Position numbers and translations under genes: made by a program
In this document: one piece after another, positions 37,605 to 48,100 of the stretch
Layout: each line of letters starts with the position of its first letter
Position numbering within the stretch: the first letter of the stretch is position 1
The notes under the pieces: model-generated
Told to the model about the DNA's origin: nothing
Databases searched by the model: none
What the model saw: only the letters and a program-made list of their open reading frames with translations
From: Bdellovibrionales bacterium
GTDB taxonomy: Bacteria > Bdellovibrionota > Bdellovibrionia > Bdellovibrionales > UBA1609
Assembly: GCA_965204055.1 (NCBI GenBank)
Contig: OZ241967.1
Coordinates: 1,252,286 to 1,316,285 of the forward strand
Length of the DNA: 64,000 nucleotides
Direction of reading: 5' to 3'

Positions 37605-39791
37605 ATGAGAGAAAAACAAAATAGAAAAAATAAAAACATACATTTATCGGCTAAATACAGAAAAATTCTTGAGGGGCTTTTTAGAGAGCACTTGTTGGGT
37701 GTAGAGGTGTGGGCTTATGGGAGCCGAGTTAACGGAAAAAGCCATCCAGGTAGTGATCTAGATCTAGTTTTGCGCGCGCCAGGGTTAAAAGAAATTGATT
37801 CATTAAAACTATATAATTTGAAGGAAGCTTTAGAAGAATCCAATATCCCTTTTTTAGTGGAGGCAAGGGATTGGGTTGAACTTCCAAAAAGCTTTCACCA
37901 AGAAATTGAGCGCAATTATATTATTTTAATTGAAAATAATTTAAAAACAAAAACATCTAACAAACCCGTCATTCCCGCCTTGAGTGGGAGTCCAGAACCT
38001 AACCGGGAAGGTAAACCCTTGTCTTCCCGCCCTTCACAAGCTGAAATCCAGCGAGGTTCTGGGTCTGCACAAGAAAGGTCATCTAATGTAAATAACAAGC
38101 GTGTCGATTCCTCCTCTGTTGTCATTCCTGCGAACGCGGTAATCCAGAAAAAAATCACTTTTGAAATAATTTACAACCATTTTTGGCCAATGGTGGAATT
38201 AGGGGATGTGTGTGTTTTTGAATATGGAAAACCACTTAAAAAAGAAGATAGAAAAAACGGAAAATATCCTGTGTTTGGTTCAAATGGTGTGGTTGGTTAT
38301 CATAACAAATACTTAATAAGAGGGCCTTGCATTATTGTTGGAAGAAAAGGAACTGCCGGGGAAATAACTTATTCAGAAAATGATTGTTTTCCGATAGACA
38401 CTACTTTTTTTGTGCGATTAAAAAACAAGAATCAATATGATTTAAAGTGTTTGTATTTTATAATGCGAATGTCAGGTTTAAAGAATCTAAAGACACAGTC
38501 TAATGTGCCGGGTCTTAATCGCAATGAAGCGTATAAACTGCCTATCCCTCTTCCTCCTCTTGAGGAGCAAAAGAGGATTGCAGGGGTTTTATCTCAGATA
38601 CAAAAAGCGATTACAGCTCAAGATAAACTGATAAAAGTAACAAGGGAACTAAAACAAGCAACAATGAAGCACTTGTTTACTTATGGTACCAGAGAAACCT
38701 CTGTCGCCAATCCTTCCGGGCCTGTCAATCCTTCTAAGCCTGTTGATCCCACTGGTCCTGTCACTTCCTCGGAGGTAGGAATCCATCCAGGTTCTAAGTT
38801 TGGACAAGAAAGGTCATCTACTGTAAATAACAAGCGTGTCAATTCTTCTGGTCCTGTTGCTCCCACTGGTCTTGTCACTTCTACTGAGGGAATCCAGCAA
38901 TCCCTCTTAGTCGATTCCTCCTCTGGCAAACATCAAAGCCAAGTTGTTGGCTTTTCCGTCCCGCGCTTGAGCAGTAATCCAGAATCTAATCAGGAAGACA
39001 ATTCGTCTTCCCGTCCACTGCCACCGGGCAGGCATCAGTCACCTTTAGTTGATCACTCTTTGGAAAACAGCAAAGCCAAGTTGTTGGCTTTGCAGTCTCT
39101 TGCAGGCGGTAATCCAGAATCTAAGCGGGAAGACAATTTGTCTTCCCGCCCCTTACAAGCCCGCCTCCAGAAAATACCAGCCCATTGGGATATATTTTTT
39201 ATATCTGATATAGGTAAAATAATAACTGGTACTACTCCTAAAACAGCTAATAAAACTTATTATGGGAATGAATATAAATTAATTTCACCAACTGACTTAG
39301 ATTCTGGAAAGTACATCACTACTGCCCACCGTATGTTAAGTAAAAAAGGATTAAATCAATGCAGGGTTTTGCCAAAGTATACTGTACTTATAGGTTGTAT
39401 TGGCAATGTGGGAAAAATAGGTATGACTATTGATGAAGAATCTGCTACTAATCAACAGATTAACGCAATTATTTGTAATAAAACAGCTAATCCTCATTTT
39501 ATATTTTACCTTTTAGATTACTCCAGAGAAAGGTTAAAGTCAGCTTCAGCACAAACAACAGTGCCTATTTTAAACAAAACTAATTTTGAAAAATTTAAAA
39601 TCCCTCTGCCCCCTCTTGGGGAGCAAAAAGAGATTGCGGATATATTGCAAAAGATAGATGAAAAAATATCTGTGCATGAAAAGAAAAAACTAACACTTGA
39701 AGAATTACTTAAAACTATGTTAAACCAACTAATGACCGGCACAATCCGTGTCCAAAATTTGAATATAAATAATAAATTGATGGAGCAGTAA
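37605..39791 (+). CDS. hsdS: MNT nucleotidyltransferase fused to type I RM specificity subunit
   Basis: N-terminal VWAYGSRVNGKSHPGSDLDLV (GSX10DXD). Two TRD-CR units (PLPPLEEQKRIA; PLPPLGEQKEIA..QLMTG). Two repeat-derived insertions. Confidence 0.88.
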   Translation: MREKQNRKNKNIHLSAKYRKILEGLFREHLLGVEVWAYGSRVNGKSHPGSDLDLVLRAPGLKEIDSLKLYNLKEALEESNIPFLVEARDWVELPKSFHQEIERNYIILIENNLKTKTSNKPVIPALSGSPEPNREGKPLSSRPSQAEIQRGSGSAQERSSNVNNKRVDSSSVVIPANAVIQKKITFEIIYNHFWPMVELGDVCVFEYGKPLKKEDRKNGKYPVFGSNGVVGYHNKYLIRGPCIIVGRKGTAGEITYSENDCFPIDTTFFVRLKNKNQYDLKCLYFIMRMSGLKNLKTQSNVPGLNRNEAYKLPIPLPPLEEQKRIAGVLSQIQKAITAQDKLIKVTRELKQATMKHLFTYGTRETSVANPSGPVNPSKPVDPTGPVTSSEVGIHPGSKFGQERSSTVNNKRVNSSGPVAPTGLVTSTEGIQQSLLVDSSSGKHQSQVVGFSVPRLSSNPESNQEDNSSSRPLPPGRHQSPLVDHSLENSKAKLLALQSLAGGNPESKREDNLSSRPLQARLQKIPAHWDIFFISDIGKIITGTTPKTANKTYYGNEYKLISPTDLDSGKYITTAHRMLSKKGLNQCRVLPKYTVLIGCIGNVGKIGMTIDEESATNQQINAIICNKTANPHFIFYLLDYSRERLKSASAQTTVPILNKTNFEKFKIPLPPLGEQKEIADILQKIDEKISVHEKKKLTLEELLKTMLNQLMTGTIRVQNLNINNKLMEQ

Positions 39792-39792
39792 A

Positions 39793-41529
39793 ATGCAACT
39801 GATTACTGAAATCGAAATTAAAAATTTTCGATCTATAAAACATTGTAAAATAAAAGATATTAAAGACTTTAATTCTCTTTTTGGCTTAAATAACTCAGGA
39901 AAGTCAAACATACTTAGGGCATTGAATTTATTTTTTAATAACGAAACAGATAATGGTCAAGATCTGAATTTTGACTTTGATTTTTATCAATATCCATCAA
40001 AGATAAAAAAGAAAAAAGAAATAAAAATATCTGTTACATTTGAATTGCCGGAAAATTTTAAGTTTAAAAAAAAATTAAAATCAGTGGAAAAGTTTATTTT
40101 AAAAAGTAGGGAAAAAAGAAAATTAACAATAGAAAAAATATTTGGTAGAGAGTATTTCCTGCCAGAAAAAATAAAACTTAATAATATATTAGTCCAGGAA
40201 AAAGATTTAAGAACTATTGATCGTTTTTTGAATTTAATCAATTTTAGGTACATTCCAAACAGAGTGTTGCCTGTAGATATTCTAAAAAGAGAAGGTTATG
40301 CTCTTAAAAAAGCACTTGCCAGAAAGCTTAATAAACAAAAATTGAATAAAAATAAAATTAAAAAATCTGTTGAAGAGCTAGCAAAAGCTATCAAAGATAC
40401 TTCAAAATTGTTGATTCAACCTATTGCAGAAGAGTTTAAAAGAATATTTCAAAATGATACTACAGTGGAATTAATTACACCGGATAATGTAGAAGATCTA
40501 GTTTCTACTTCAGGGTATTTTGTGACTACAAGTAAAACTACAGTAGTAGATGAGTATCAGGGTGCCGGTGTGCAAAGCTTTCTTATGTTCCATACGCTTC
40601 ATTTAATTGATAAAGATTATGCACAACAATTTGGTTGGAAACAAGCAACCATTTGGGCTGTGGAGGAACCAGAGTCTTCTTTACACTCTGATCTTGAAGC
40701 ACAGTTGGCAATGTTTTTATTTAAAACAGTAATAGAGGATAAGAGTCGGTTGCAGTTTTTTTGTACGACTCATTCCACAATGTTTTCTCAATATTCACAA
40801 AAATCCGTTATTGTTGAAAAAAAAGAGAATGAAACAAACTGCCGATTTATTGAATCAAAAAATATATACAAAGAGTCCATTCAACTCGGTATCAGTTCAT
40901 ATACTCATCCTATATTGTTTTTTCCGCATCAAGATATTGTACTATGTGAGGGTAAAACAGATGTTGAGTTTATTAGAAAAATATTTGAGTTATTAGGATT
41001 AGATCAGCAGAGAATATGTATAACTTGTCTCTCAACTCTAATAGCTGAACAAGATTTTGGGGGTGTGAATACAATTCAAAAATATATAAAAGAAAACAAA
41101 GGAGTTATTAAACTACGATATAATTTTCATAACACTAAGATTTGTGTTCTTTTAGATTGGGATATACACATCAATACAGCTTGGAAACAAATTAAAAATA
41201 TATCAGGTGTTTCTGTTGTTCAATGGCCTGAAGATCAAGTACAACAAAAAACGAAAAAGTTAAAAGGTATAGAAAGCTTATATCCAGAAAGATTTATAGA
41301 TGAGGCTTTTAAAAATGAAGGTTTTAAAGATATTTTATCTAAGGATGGGCGTGATAATTATGCTTATTCTCAATCTAGTAAAGACTCCAAGAATTCTGTA
41401 GAACAATTAAAAAAATACTTAAGCGGAAAAGTTCAGAAAGAGTTATTAAACACAGATGTCGATTATCTTAAAAATTTTATAACTACAGAGATACTTGGAG
41501 ATAAGAGTAGTAAAGGTAAAAATAAATAA
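39793..41529 (+). CDS. OLD-family ATP-dependent nuclease (ABC ATPase + TOPRIM)
   Basis: IKNFRSI, GLNNSGKSN, QGAGVQ, VEEPESSLH, TTHS; TOPRIM-like LCEGKTD..LLDWD..GIESLY. Confidence 0.8.
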   Translation: MQLITEIEIKNFRSIKHCKIKDIKDFNSLFGLNNSGKSNILRALNLFFNNETDNGQDLNFDFDFYQYPSKIKKKKEIKISVTFELPENFKFKKKLKSVEKFILKSREKRKLTIEKIFGREYFLPEKIKLNNILVQEKDLRTIDRFLNLINFRYIPNRVLPVDILKREGYALKKALARKLNKQKLNKNKIKKSVEELAKAIKDTSKLLIQPIAEEFKRIFQNDTTVELITPDNVEDLVSTSGYFVTTSKTTVVDEYQGAGVQSFLMFHTLHLIDKDYAQQFGWKQATIWAVEEPESSLHSDLEAQLAMFLFKTVIEDKSRLQFFCTTHSTMFSQYSQKSVIVEKKENETNCRFIESKNIYKESIQLGISSYTHPILFFPHQDIVLCEGKTDVEFIRKIFELLGLDQQRICITCLSTLIAEQDFGGVNTIQKYIKENKGVIKLRYNFHNTKICVLLDWDIHINTAWKQIKNISGVSVVQWPEDQVQQKTKKLKGIESLYPERFIDEAFKNEGFKDILSKDGRDNYAYSQSSKDSKNSVEQLKKYLSGKVQKELLNTDVDYLKNFITTEILGDKSSKGKNK

Positions 41530-41629
41530 GTGGTTTGTGAAAATAGATGTTATTTTGCTGGATTCCGGCTTTCGTGAGAATGATGACAGAGGCAAAAGAG
41601 GTTGTTCATAACCATTATAAGAGGGTTAA

Positions 41630-41692
41630 ATGGAGCAAGAGAAACAAGCGTTTGTGTATATAATGGCAAATAAAAGAAATGGCACAATATAA
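41630..41692 (+). pseudogene. GIY-YIG nuclease N-terminal relic
   Basis: GAGGG RBS then MEQEKQAFVYIMANKRNGTI*, matching the YVYI.ASKRNGTLYIG start of small GIY-YIG proteins. Confidence 0.6.
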
Positions 41693-41756
41693 GATTGTTC
41701 ATGGACAATTATATAAATAATGATAAAATATAAAAAAATTAACAGGAGGGGATGAT

Positions 41757-42944
41757 ATGCAGATAACGCAGATAAAGTTAAAGAATTTTCGGGCTTTTCA
41801 AGATGTGGACCTGCGGGATATTCCACACTTCGTGATTCTTGTGGGTGCCAATGGCACAGGCAAATCTACCTTATTTTCCGTTTTTGGCTTTCTTCGTGAT
41901 GCAATGACCTCTAATGTAACAACCGCTCTTGCAAAATTGGGTGGCAGTCGAGGTTTTAAAGAGGTGGTTAGCAGAAACTCAAAAGGTCCTATTGAGATTG
42001 AAATCAAGTTCAGGGAAAAGCCAAAAAGCCAGCTTGTTACTTATACTCTGCGTATTGCTGAAAAAAATGGTCGTGCAACAGTAGAACGGGAGATCTTAAA
42101 ATACCGTCGAGGTAGTAAAGGCCAGCCGTGGCAATTTTTAAATTTTTCAAACGGGAAAGGCCAGGCCGTTACTAATGAAGTGGAAGAAGTGGAGGATGAA
42201 AATCAGTTAAAAAGAGAAGAGCAGACTTTAAAATCACCAGACTTGCTGGCCATTAAGGGGCTCGCGCAATTTGAAAAGTTTCCCGCTGTGGTAGCACTTG
42301 GTAATTTGATTGAGCGTTGGCACATATCTGATTTTCATATCAATAAAGCACGCCCAGAACAAGAGGCGGGATATGCAGAACACTTGTCACGCTCAGGAGA
42401 AAACTTGTCCCTGGTAGTAGAATATCTTTATAAAAATCATAGAGATATTTTTGACACTATTATTAGAAAATTAAGTGAAAGAGTGCCTGGCATTACTAAA
42501 GTAGAATCCAAACAAACAGAAGAAGGGCGCATTTTGTTAAAATTTCAGGATGGAGATTTTGAAGACCCTTTTCTTGCTCGTTATGTTTCTGATGGCACAA
42601 TTAAAATGCTGGCCTACTTGATTTTACTTTATGATCCTGTTCCCCATCCTCTGCTGTGTGTAGAAGAACCAGAAAATCAGCTTTATCATAGTCTGCTGGC
42701 AGAATTAGCAGAAGAGTTTCGCTCTTATGCCAATAGAGGAGGGCAGGTATTTGTCTCCACCCATTCCCCAGATTTTTTAAATTCTGCTGAACTGGAAGAA
42801 GTGTTTTGGCTGGAAAAAGAGTCTGGCTACACGGTTGTAAAACGAGCAAAAGATAATGCACAAGTTTCCGCTTATATGAAAGAGGGAGATAAAATGGGGC
42901 ACTTGTGGACACAGGGCTTTTTTACAGGAGCGAACCCTAAATGA
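41757..42944 (+). CDS. ABC/SMC-like AAA_21 ATPase
   Basis: GANGTGKST, VSDGT, VEEPENQL, STHSP. Confidence 0.88.
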   Translation: MQITQIKLKNFRAFQDVDLRDIPHFVILVGANGTGKSTLFSVFGFLRDAMTSNVTTALAKLGGSRGFKEVVSRNSKGPIEIEIKFREKPKSQLVTYTLRIAEKNGRATVEREILKYRRGSKGQPWQFLNFSNGKGQAVTNEVEEVEDENQLKREEQTLKSPDLLAIKGLAQFEKFPAVVALGNLIERWHISDFHINKARPEQEAGYAEHLSRSGENLSLVVEYLYKNHRDIFDTIIRKLSERVPGITKVESKQTEEGRILLKFQDGDFEDPFLARYVSDGTIKMLAYLILLYDPVPHPLLCVEEPENQLYHSLLAELAEEFRSYANRGGQVFVSTHSPDFLNSAELEEVFWLEKESGYTVVKRAKDNAQVSAYMKEGDKMGHLWTQGFFTGANPK

Positions 42945-43516
42945 AAAATCTTGTTTTCTTTCTGGAAGGACGTTCTGAAAAAGTAATGCTGGAAAAACTG
43001 TTATCGCGTTTATTGCCCAAAAATGTTTTTCCATTTTATTGTGTGTTTAAAGGAAAAAAAGACCTGGAAAATAATCTTCTTAAAAAAATACAAGGTTGGC
43101 AAAAACCTGAAAGTGCTTTCGTCGTTTTGCTTGACCAGGATCAGGAAGACTGCAAAACAGTTAAAAATAGAGTATTTAAAATATGCAAACAATGTGAAAA
43201 GTCAGTAAAACCTTTAAAGTATATTATTCGCATAGCCTGCCATGAACTGGAGAGCTGGTATTTTGGTGATTTAGAAGCTGTTGGTAAAGCATTTAATAAG
43301 CCAAAATTGCCAGATCGGTATAAGAGTAAAAAAAAATATAAAAACCCAGACACAATTCATAATCCTGCGAAAGAACTTGAATATATTACAAATAAGGAAT
43401 ATCAAAAAATTTCTGGTTCCAGAGCTATTGGTTCGCTTTTATCTTTGGAGGAAAATGTAAATAAATCACATAGCTTTAAAGTGTTTATTGAAGGTGTCAA
43501 AGAGTTGATTCGATAA
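42941..43516 (+). CDS. DUF4276-like (TOPRIM/RloB-related) protein
   Basis: VFFLEGRSE, LLDQD, ACHELESWYFGD, NPD.I..P, S.SF; 4-bp overlap with the ATPase. Confidence 0.75.
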   Translation: MKNLVFFLEGRSEKVMLEKLLSRLLPKNVFPFYCVFKGKKDLENNLLKKIQGWQKPESAFVVLLDQDQEDCKTVKNRVFKICKQCEKSVKPLKYIIRIACHELESWYFGDLEAVGKAFNKPKLPDRYKSKKKYKNPDTIHNPAKELEYITNKEYQKISGSRAIGSLLSLEENVNKSHSFKVFIEGVKELIR

Positions 43517-43586
43517 AAACTGATTCCCGCCTGCAAGGGACTGCAAAGCCAACAACTTGGCTTTGCAGTTTAACAGAGGAGAAAAG

Positions 43587-43914
43587 GATTGCTCATGGAC
43601 AATTATATAAATAATGATAAAATATAAAAAAATTAACAGGAGGGGATGATATGCAGATAACGCAGATAAAGTTAAAGAATTTTCGGGCTTTTCAAGATGT
43701 GGACCTGCGGGATATTCCACACTTCGTGATTCTTGTGGGTGCCAATGGCACAGGCAAATCTACCCTATTTTCCGTTTTTGGCTTTCTTCGTGATGCAATG
43801 ACATCTAATGTAACAACCGCCCTTGCAAAATTAGGCGGCAGTCGAGATTTTAATAAGCCAATCTTGTTATTTTTCTTGCAAATGGTAGATTATCCTGATA
43901 ATATTCCTATATGA
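43587..43914 (+). pseudogene. Truncated second copy of the AAA_21 ATPase 5' end
   Basis: 43587-43846 repeats 41693-41952; the first 65 aa are identical, then the sequence diverges. Confidence 0.88.
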
Positions 43915-45056
43915 GACAAATTATCCAAAGATATATAGACATAAAGCTACCTAAAGGTCAATCCGCTTTTTTATGGGGACCGAGACGGGTAGGCAAAACT
44001 TATTGGCTAAAACATCATTTTTTAAAACCTTCTATGAACTTTATTGATTTGCTAAAAACAAATGTTTATTTTGAGTATGTTAGTCGGCCAGCCCTATTGA
44101 GAGAGAGATGGAAGGGGCAATTAACAGTCATAGATGAAATTCAAAAAGTACCGGCTTTATTAGATGAAATCCATTGGCTTATTGAGAACAAATCAGCCAG
44201 CTTTTTGTTAACTGGCAGTAGTGCCAGAAAACTCAGGAAAAACCATTCTAACCTGTTAGCTGGAAGAGCCTGGCGTTTTGAAATGAATCCGCTTTCTTTT
44301 TATGAAACCAAAGGGTTTACTTTGGAAAGGGTTTTAAATACAGGTCTTCTGCCTCCTCATTTTTTGTCTTCCTCTCCTTTAAAAGATTTAAGGGCTTATG
44401 TTTCTGACTATTTAAAAGAGGAAATAGCAGGAGAGTCTTCTGTAAGGAATATTCCCGCTTTTACGGATTTTTTGCGAGTAGCTGCTCTTACTAATTCAGA
44501 ACTTTTAAACTGGACAAATTTAGGTAGAGAGACGGGTATTAGTACTAAAGTAGTTCGCCGTTACTTTGAAATTTTAGACGATACTTTTTTAGGTTATTGT
44601 CTTTCCCCCTGGAGAGTAAGTCCAAACCGGCGGATGATTTTAACAAGTAAGTTTTATTTTTTTGATGTGGGTATTGCCAACTATCTTGCAAAAAGAAAAC
44701 CTCTCGTCGGAAATGAAGCTTTTGGAAAAAGTTTTGAACATTATATTTTTATGGAATTGATGAGTTATAAAAAATACAGAAATCCAGAATTAGATATACA
44801 TTACTGGAGAACATCCTCAGGTTATGAGGTGGATTTTATTTGTGGTGATATGCACACAGCCATTGAGGTAAAGTCTTCCTCTCGTATACATAGCCATCAT
44901 TTAAAAGGATTAAAAGCCTTAAAAGAAGAAAGAAAAGTGAAAAATCTTATTTTAGTTTGTTTAGAAACAAAGTCCAGAGTTTTGGATAAAAATATTCAAG
45001 TCCTCCCTTGGAAAACTTTTTTAAAAAAGATCTGGAAAGAAAATATCTTAAAATAA
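43911..45056 (+). CDS. AAA_14 ATPase-DUF4143 protein
   Basis: GPRRVGKT, IDEIQK, LTGSSARKL, KFYFFDVG, YWRTSSGYEVDFI..IEVK. Confidence 0.88.
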   Translation: MRQIIQRYIDIKLPKGQSAFLWGPRRVGKTYWLKHHFLKPSMNFIDLLKTNVYFEYVSRPALLRERWKGQLTVIDEIQKVPALLDEIHWLIENKSASFLLTGSSARKLRKNHSNLLAGRAWRFEMNPLSFYETKGFTLERVLNTGLLPPHFLSSSPLKDLRAYVSDYLKEEIAGESSVRNIPAFTDFLRVAALTNSELLNWTNLGRETGISTKVVRRYFEILDDTFLGYCLSPWRVSPNRRMILTSKFYFFDVGIANYLAKRKPLVGNEAFGKSFEHYIFMELMSYKKYRNPELDIHYWRTSSGYEVDFICGDMHTAIEVKSSSRIHSHHLKGLKALKEERKVKNLILVCLETKSRVLDKNIQVLPWKTFLKKIWKENILK

Positions 45057-45123
45057 TCTTTGACCTATATATAGCTGCGGACACAAGAATGACTTGTATG
45101 AATAAAAGAAAAAATAAGGTAAT

Positions 45124-48100
45124 TTGGAAATGGGAAAGATTATAGCAGAATCAAAAACAGTGGAAGAACCTCTGGTTAAATATGCTCAAAAAGCAGGATG
45201 GGAATATGTGCCACCAAAAACAGCACTTCACTTAAGAAAAGGGGAAAGTGGCAAGTTGTTTTACAGTGTTTTAAAAGATTCGCTTATCAAGCTCAATTCT
45301 GATTTTTTAAACGAACACAATGTATCTGCCCTTGTTCAAAAAATAGATGATACCGACGATACAATAGAAGGAAACAAACAAACTCTGAAATGGGTCAGAG
45401 GACAAGAGCTGTTTTTTGATACGCAAGAGAAAAGGAACCGGAATGTTCATCTGATTGATTTTTTGAATTTGGAAAATAATGTGTTTCATGTAACCCAGCA
45501 ATGGAGTTATGAAAACCTTTATAAGAAAAATCGTCCTGATGTTTTATTTCTTATAAATGGCATGCCTTTTGCTATAGTGGAAAATAAAAAACCTGGAATC
45601 AAAAACTCTATGGAACAGGCTATTGCACAGCTAAAACGACTACAGCAAGAAATACCAGAAATGATGTCCTTTCCCCAGGTTTTTAATATTACAGATGCCT
45701 TAGAGTATTTTTATGGGGTGACATGGAATTACACCCGCAAAAATATCTTTAACTGGAAAAAGGAAGCTCGAACACAAGAAGGCTCTAATGTAGTATTTCA
45801 TGGCACAGCAAAACTTTCTTCAGCCAGTGGGAAAGTTCTGGATTCTCGCCTGCGCGAGAATGACAGTGAACACAAGAAGAACGAGGTAGGCAAGAATGAT
45901 GTAAGCAGTGGGAATGATAAACAAATCGAAAGTGAGAGGCGAACAAAACACATAAGTTTAGAAGAAGCTGTGCTTACTTTTTTTGAAAAAAGACGATTTT
46001 TGAAAATGATAAAAGACTGGATTCTTTTTTATTACAAAGAAAATGAGTTGGAGAAAACCATTTTAAAACAACACCAAACAAGAGCTATTGAAAAAATTAT
46101 CAACCGGTGTAATGAGCAACATAAAAACCGTGCTCTCATCTGGCATACACAAGGATCTGGAAAAACTTTTACTATGTTGACCACCGCAAAGCTTATTTTG
46201 GAATCCAACCCTCAGGCAACAGTGATGGTCATCGTAGATAGAAACGAGCTGGAAGGGCAGTTGGCAATATGGGTTAAACGACTTATCGAAGAGGTAGAGA
46301 TAGGCGGTATCTCTGTTGAACAAGCTGATTCGAAAAAAATATTAGAAAAATTATTAAAAAATGATTTTAGAGGTTTGATTGTATCTATGTTGCATAAATT
46401 TAAAGATATACCAGCCAATATCTGTAACAGAAGTGATTTTTATGTATTTATAGATGAAGCTCATCGCTCTGTAGAAGGAGACTTAGGTAATTATTTAACA
46501 GGCACTTTGCCACAAGCCACTTTTGTTGGTTTTACAGGAACCCCTATTGATAAAACTTCTAAAGGTCGGGGCACATTTAAAGTTTTTGGAAAAGATGATA
46601 CACCTAAGGGCTACTTGGATAAATATTCCATCTCCGAATCTATAGAAGATGGAACAACAGTTCGACTTAAATACTCTCTTGCTCCAAATAAAATGAGAGT
46701 AGAGGAACAACTGTTGGATAAAGAGTTTTTTCAAATAGCTGATACAGAAGGAATAAGTGACATTGAAACTTTAAATAAAGTTTTAAGCAGATCTGCAAAA
46801 TTAAGAACTTTTTTAAAATCCTCTAATCGGATTGATACAGTTGCAAAGTATGTAGCTAATCATTTTAAACAAAATGTTCAACCCTTGGGATATAAGGCTT
46901 TTTTAGTGGCTGTGGATCGGTCTGCCTGCGCCTTATATAAGCAAGCTTTAGATCGGTATCTTTCGTCAAAAATGTCTCAGGTGGTTTATACAAAAGGACA
47001 TAATGATTCTGAATTATTGCAACAATATTATTTGAGTAAAGAAGAGGAGGCAACAATCAGAAAGCAATTTAAAAAACCGGATGTTGAGCCTCAAATTCTA
47101 ATTGTAACAGATAAGTTGCTTACAGGATATGACGCGCCTATTTTATATTTTATGTATATGGACAAACCTATGAGAGATCATGTTCTTCTTCAAGCTGTTA
47201 GTAGAGTAAACCGGCCTTATGAAGATAAACGAGGAAGAATAAAACCCTGTGGTTTGATAGTAGACTTTGTAGGAGTATTCAAATCTATGAAAAAAGCTTT
47301 GTCTTTTGACTCTGATGAAGTGAATGCTGTTATTGAAGATTTAGATCAATTACTGCAACAATTTAAAAACATGATGGAAAACAATATGAAAGCTTACTTG
47401 TTCTTTAAAAGGAGAGATTCCCGTCCCACGCCTGCGCGCGGGCAAGCTCTTTGTGGTAGTGATTTGCAAAATGGAAATAACCAACCTGCTGAATCAGCAG
47501 ATAAGTTTTTAGAAAAATTAATTTACGAAACTTTATTAGATACTAAAGAAAGAGAAAAATTTATTGAAAAATTTAAAGAGCTGGAAAGTCTTTACGAAAT
47601 TCTTTCTCCTGATCCAAGGCTAAGGCCTTATATGGATGATTATAAGAATATAGCTGAAATTTATAAAGTAGTCCGAAAGCTTTATGAAGAAAAAACAGAT
47701 TTTATTTCCGATGTTTGCAGAAAAACAGAAAAACTGATTCAAGAGTCTGCTGAACTAATTACATTTCCAGGAATCACAAAAACTTACGAAATCAATACAG
47801 ACACTTTGAGAAAAATAAAAGAAAGCCAGAGTCTGGATAATAAAGAAATTATTAGTCTTATTCGCTCTATTCAAACTGAAGCTGATAAAAAAAGCAAACA
47901 GGAGCCTTACTTGATTTTTTTATCTGAAAGATCGCAGAAAATAATGCAAGACTTTGAGCGAAAACAAAAGAGGGCAAAAGAGGTTATAGAGGCTGTTTCA
48001 AACTTAATGGACGAAAAAATATTAATGCAAAAAGAGCGAGAGCAAAGTAAACTTTCTCATCAGGAGTTTACTATCGCATGGGCTTTATATCGTTCCAGCT

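Noticed and set aside
37605-39791. Invertible hsdS shufflon
   Set aside because: No recombinase gene and no silent inverted TRD cassettes in the window.
39793-41529. OLD-type nuclease as Gabija GajA
   Set aside because: No adjacent UvrD-like GajB helicase.
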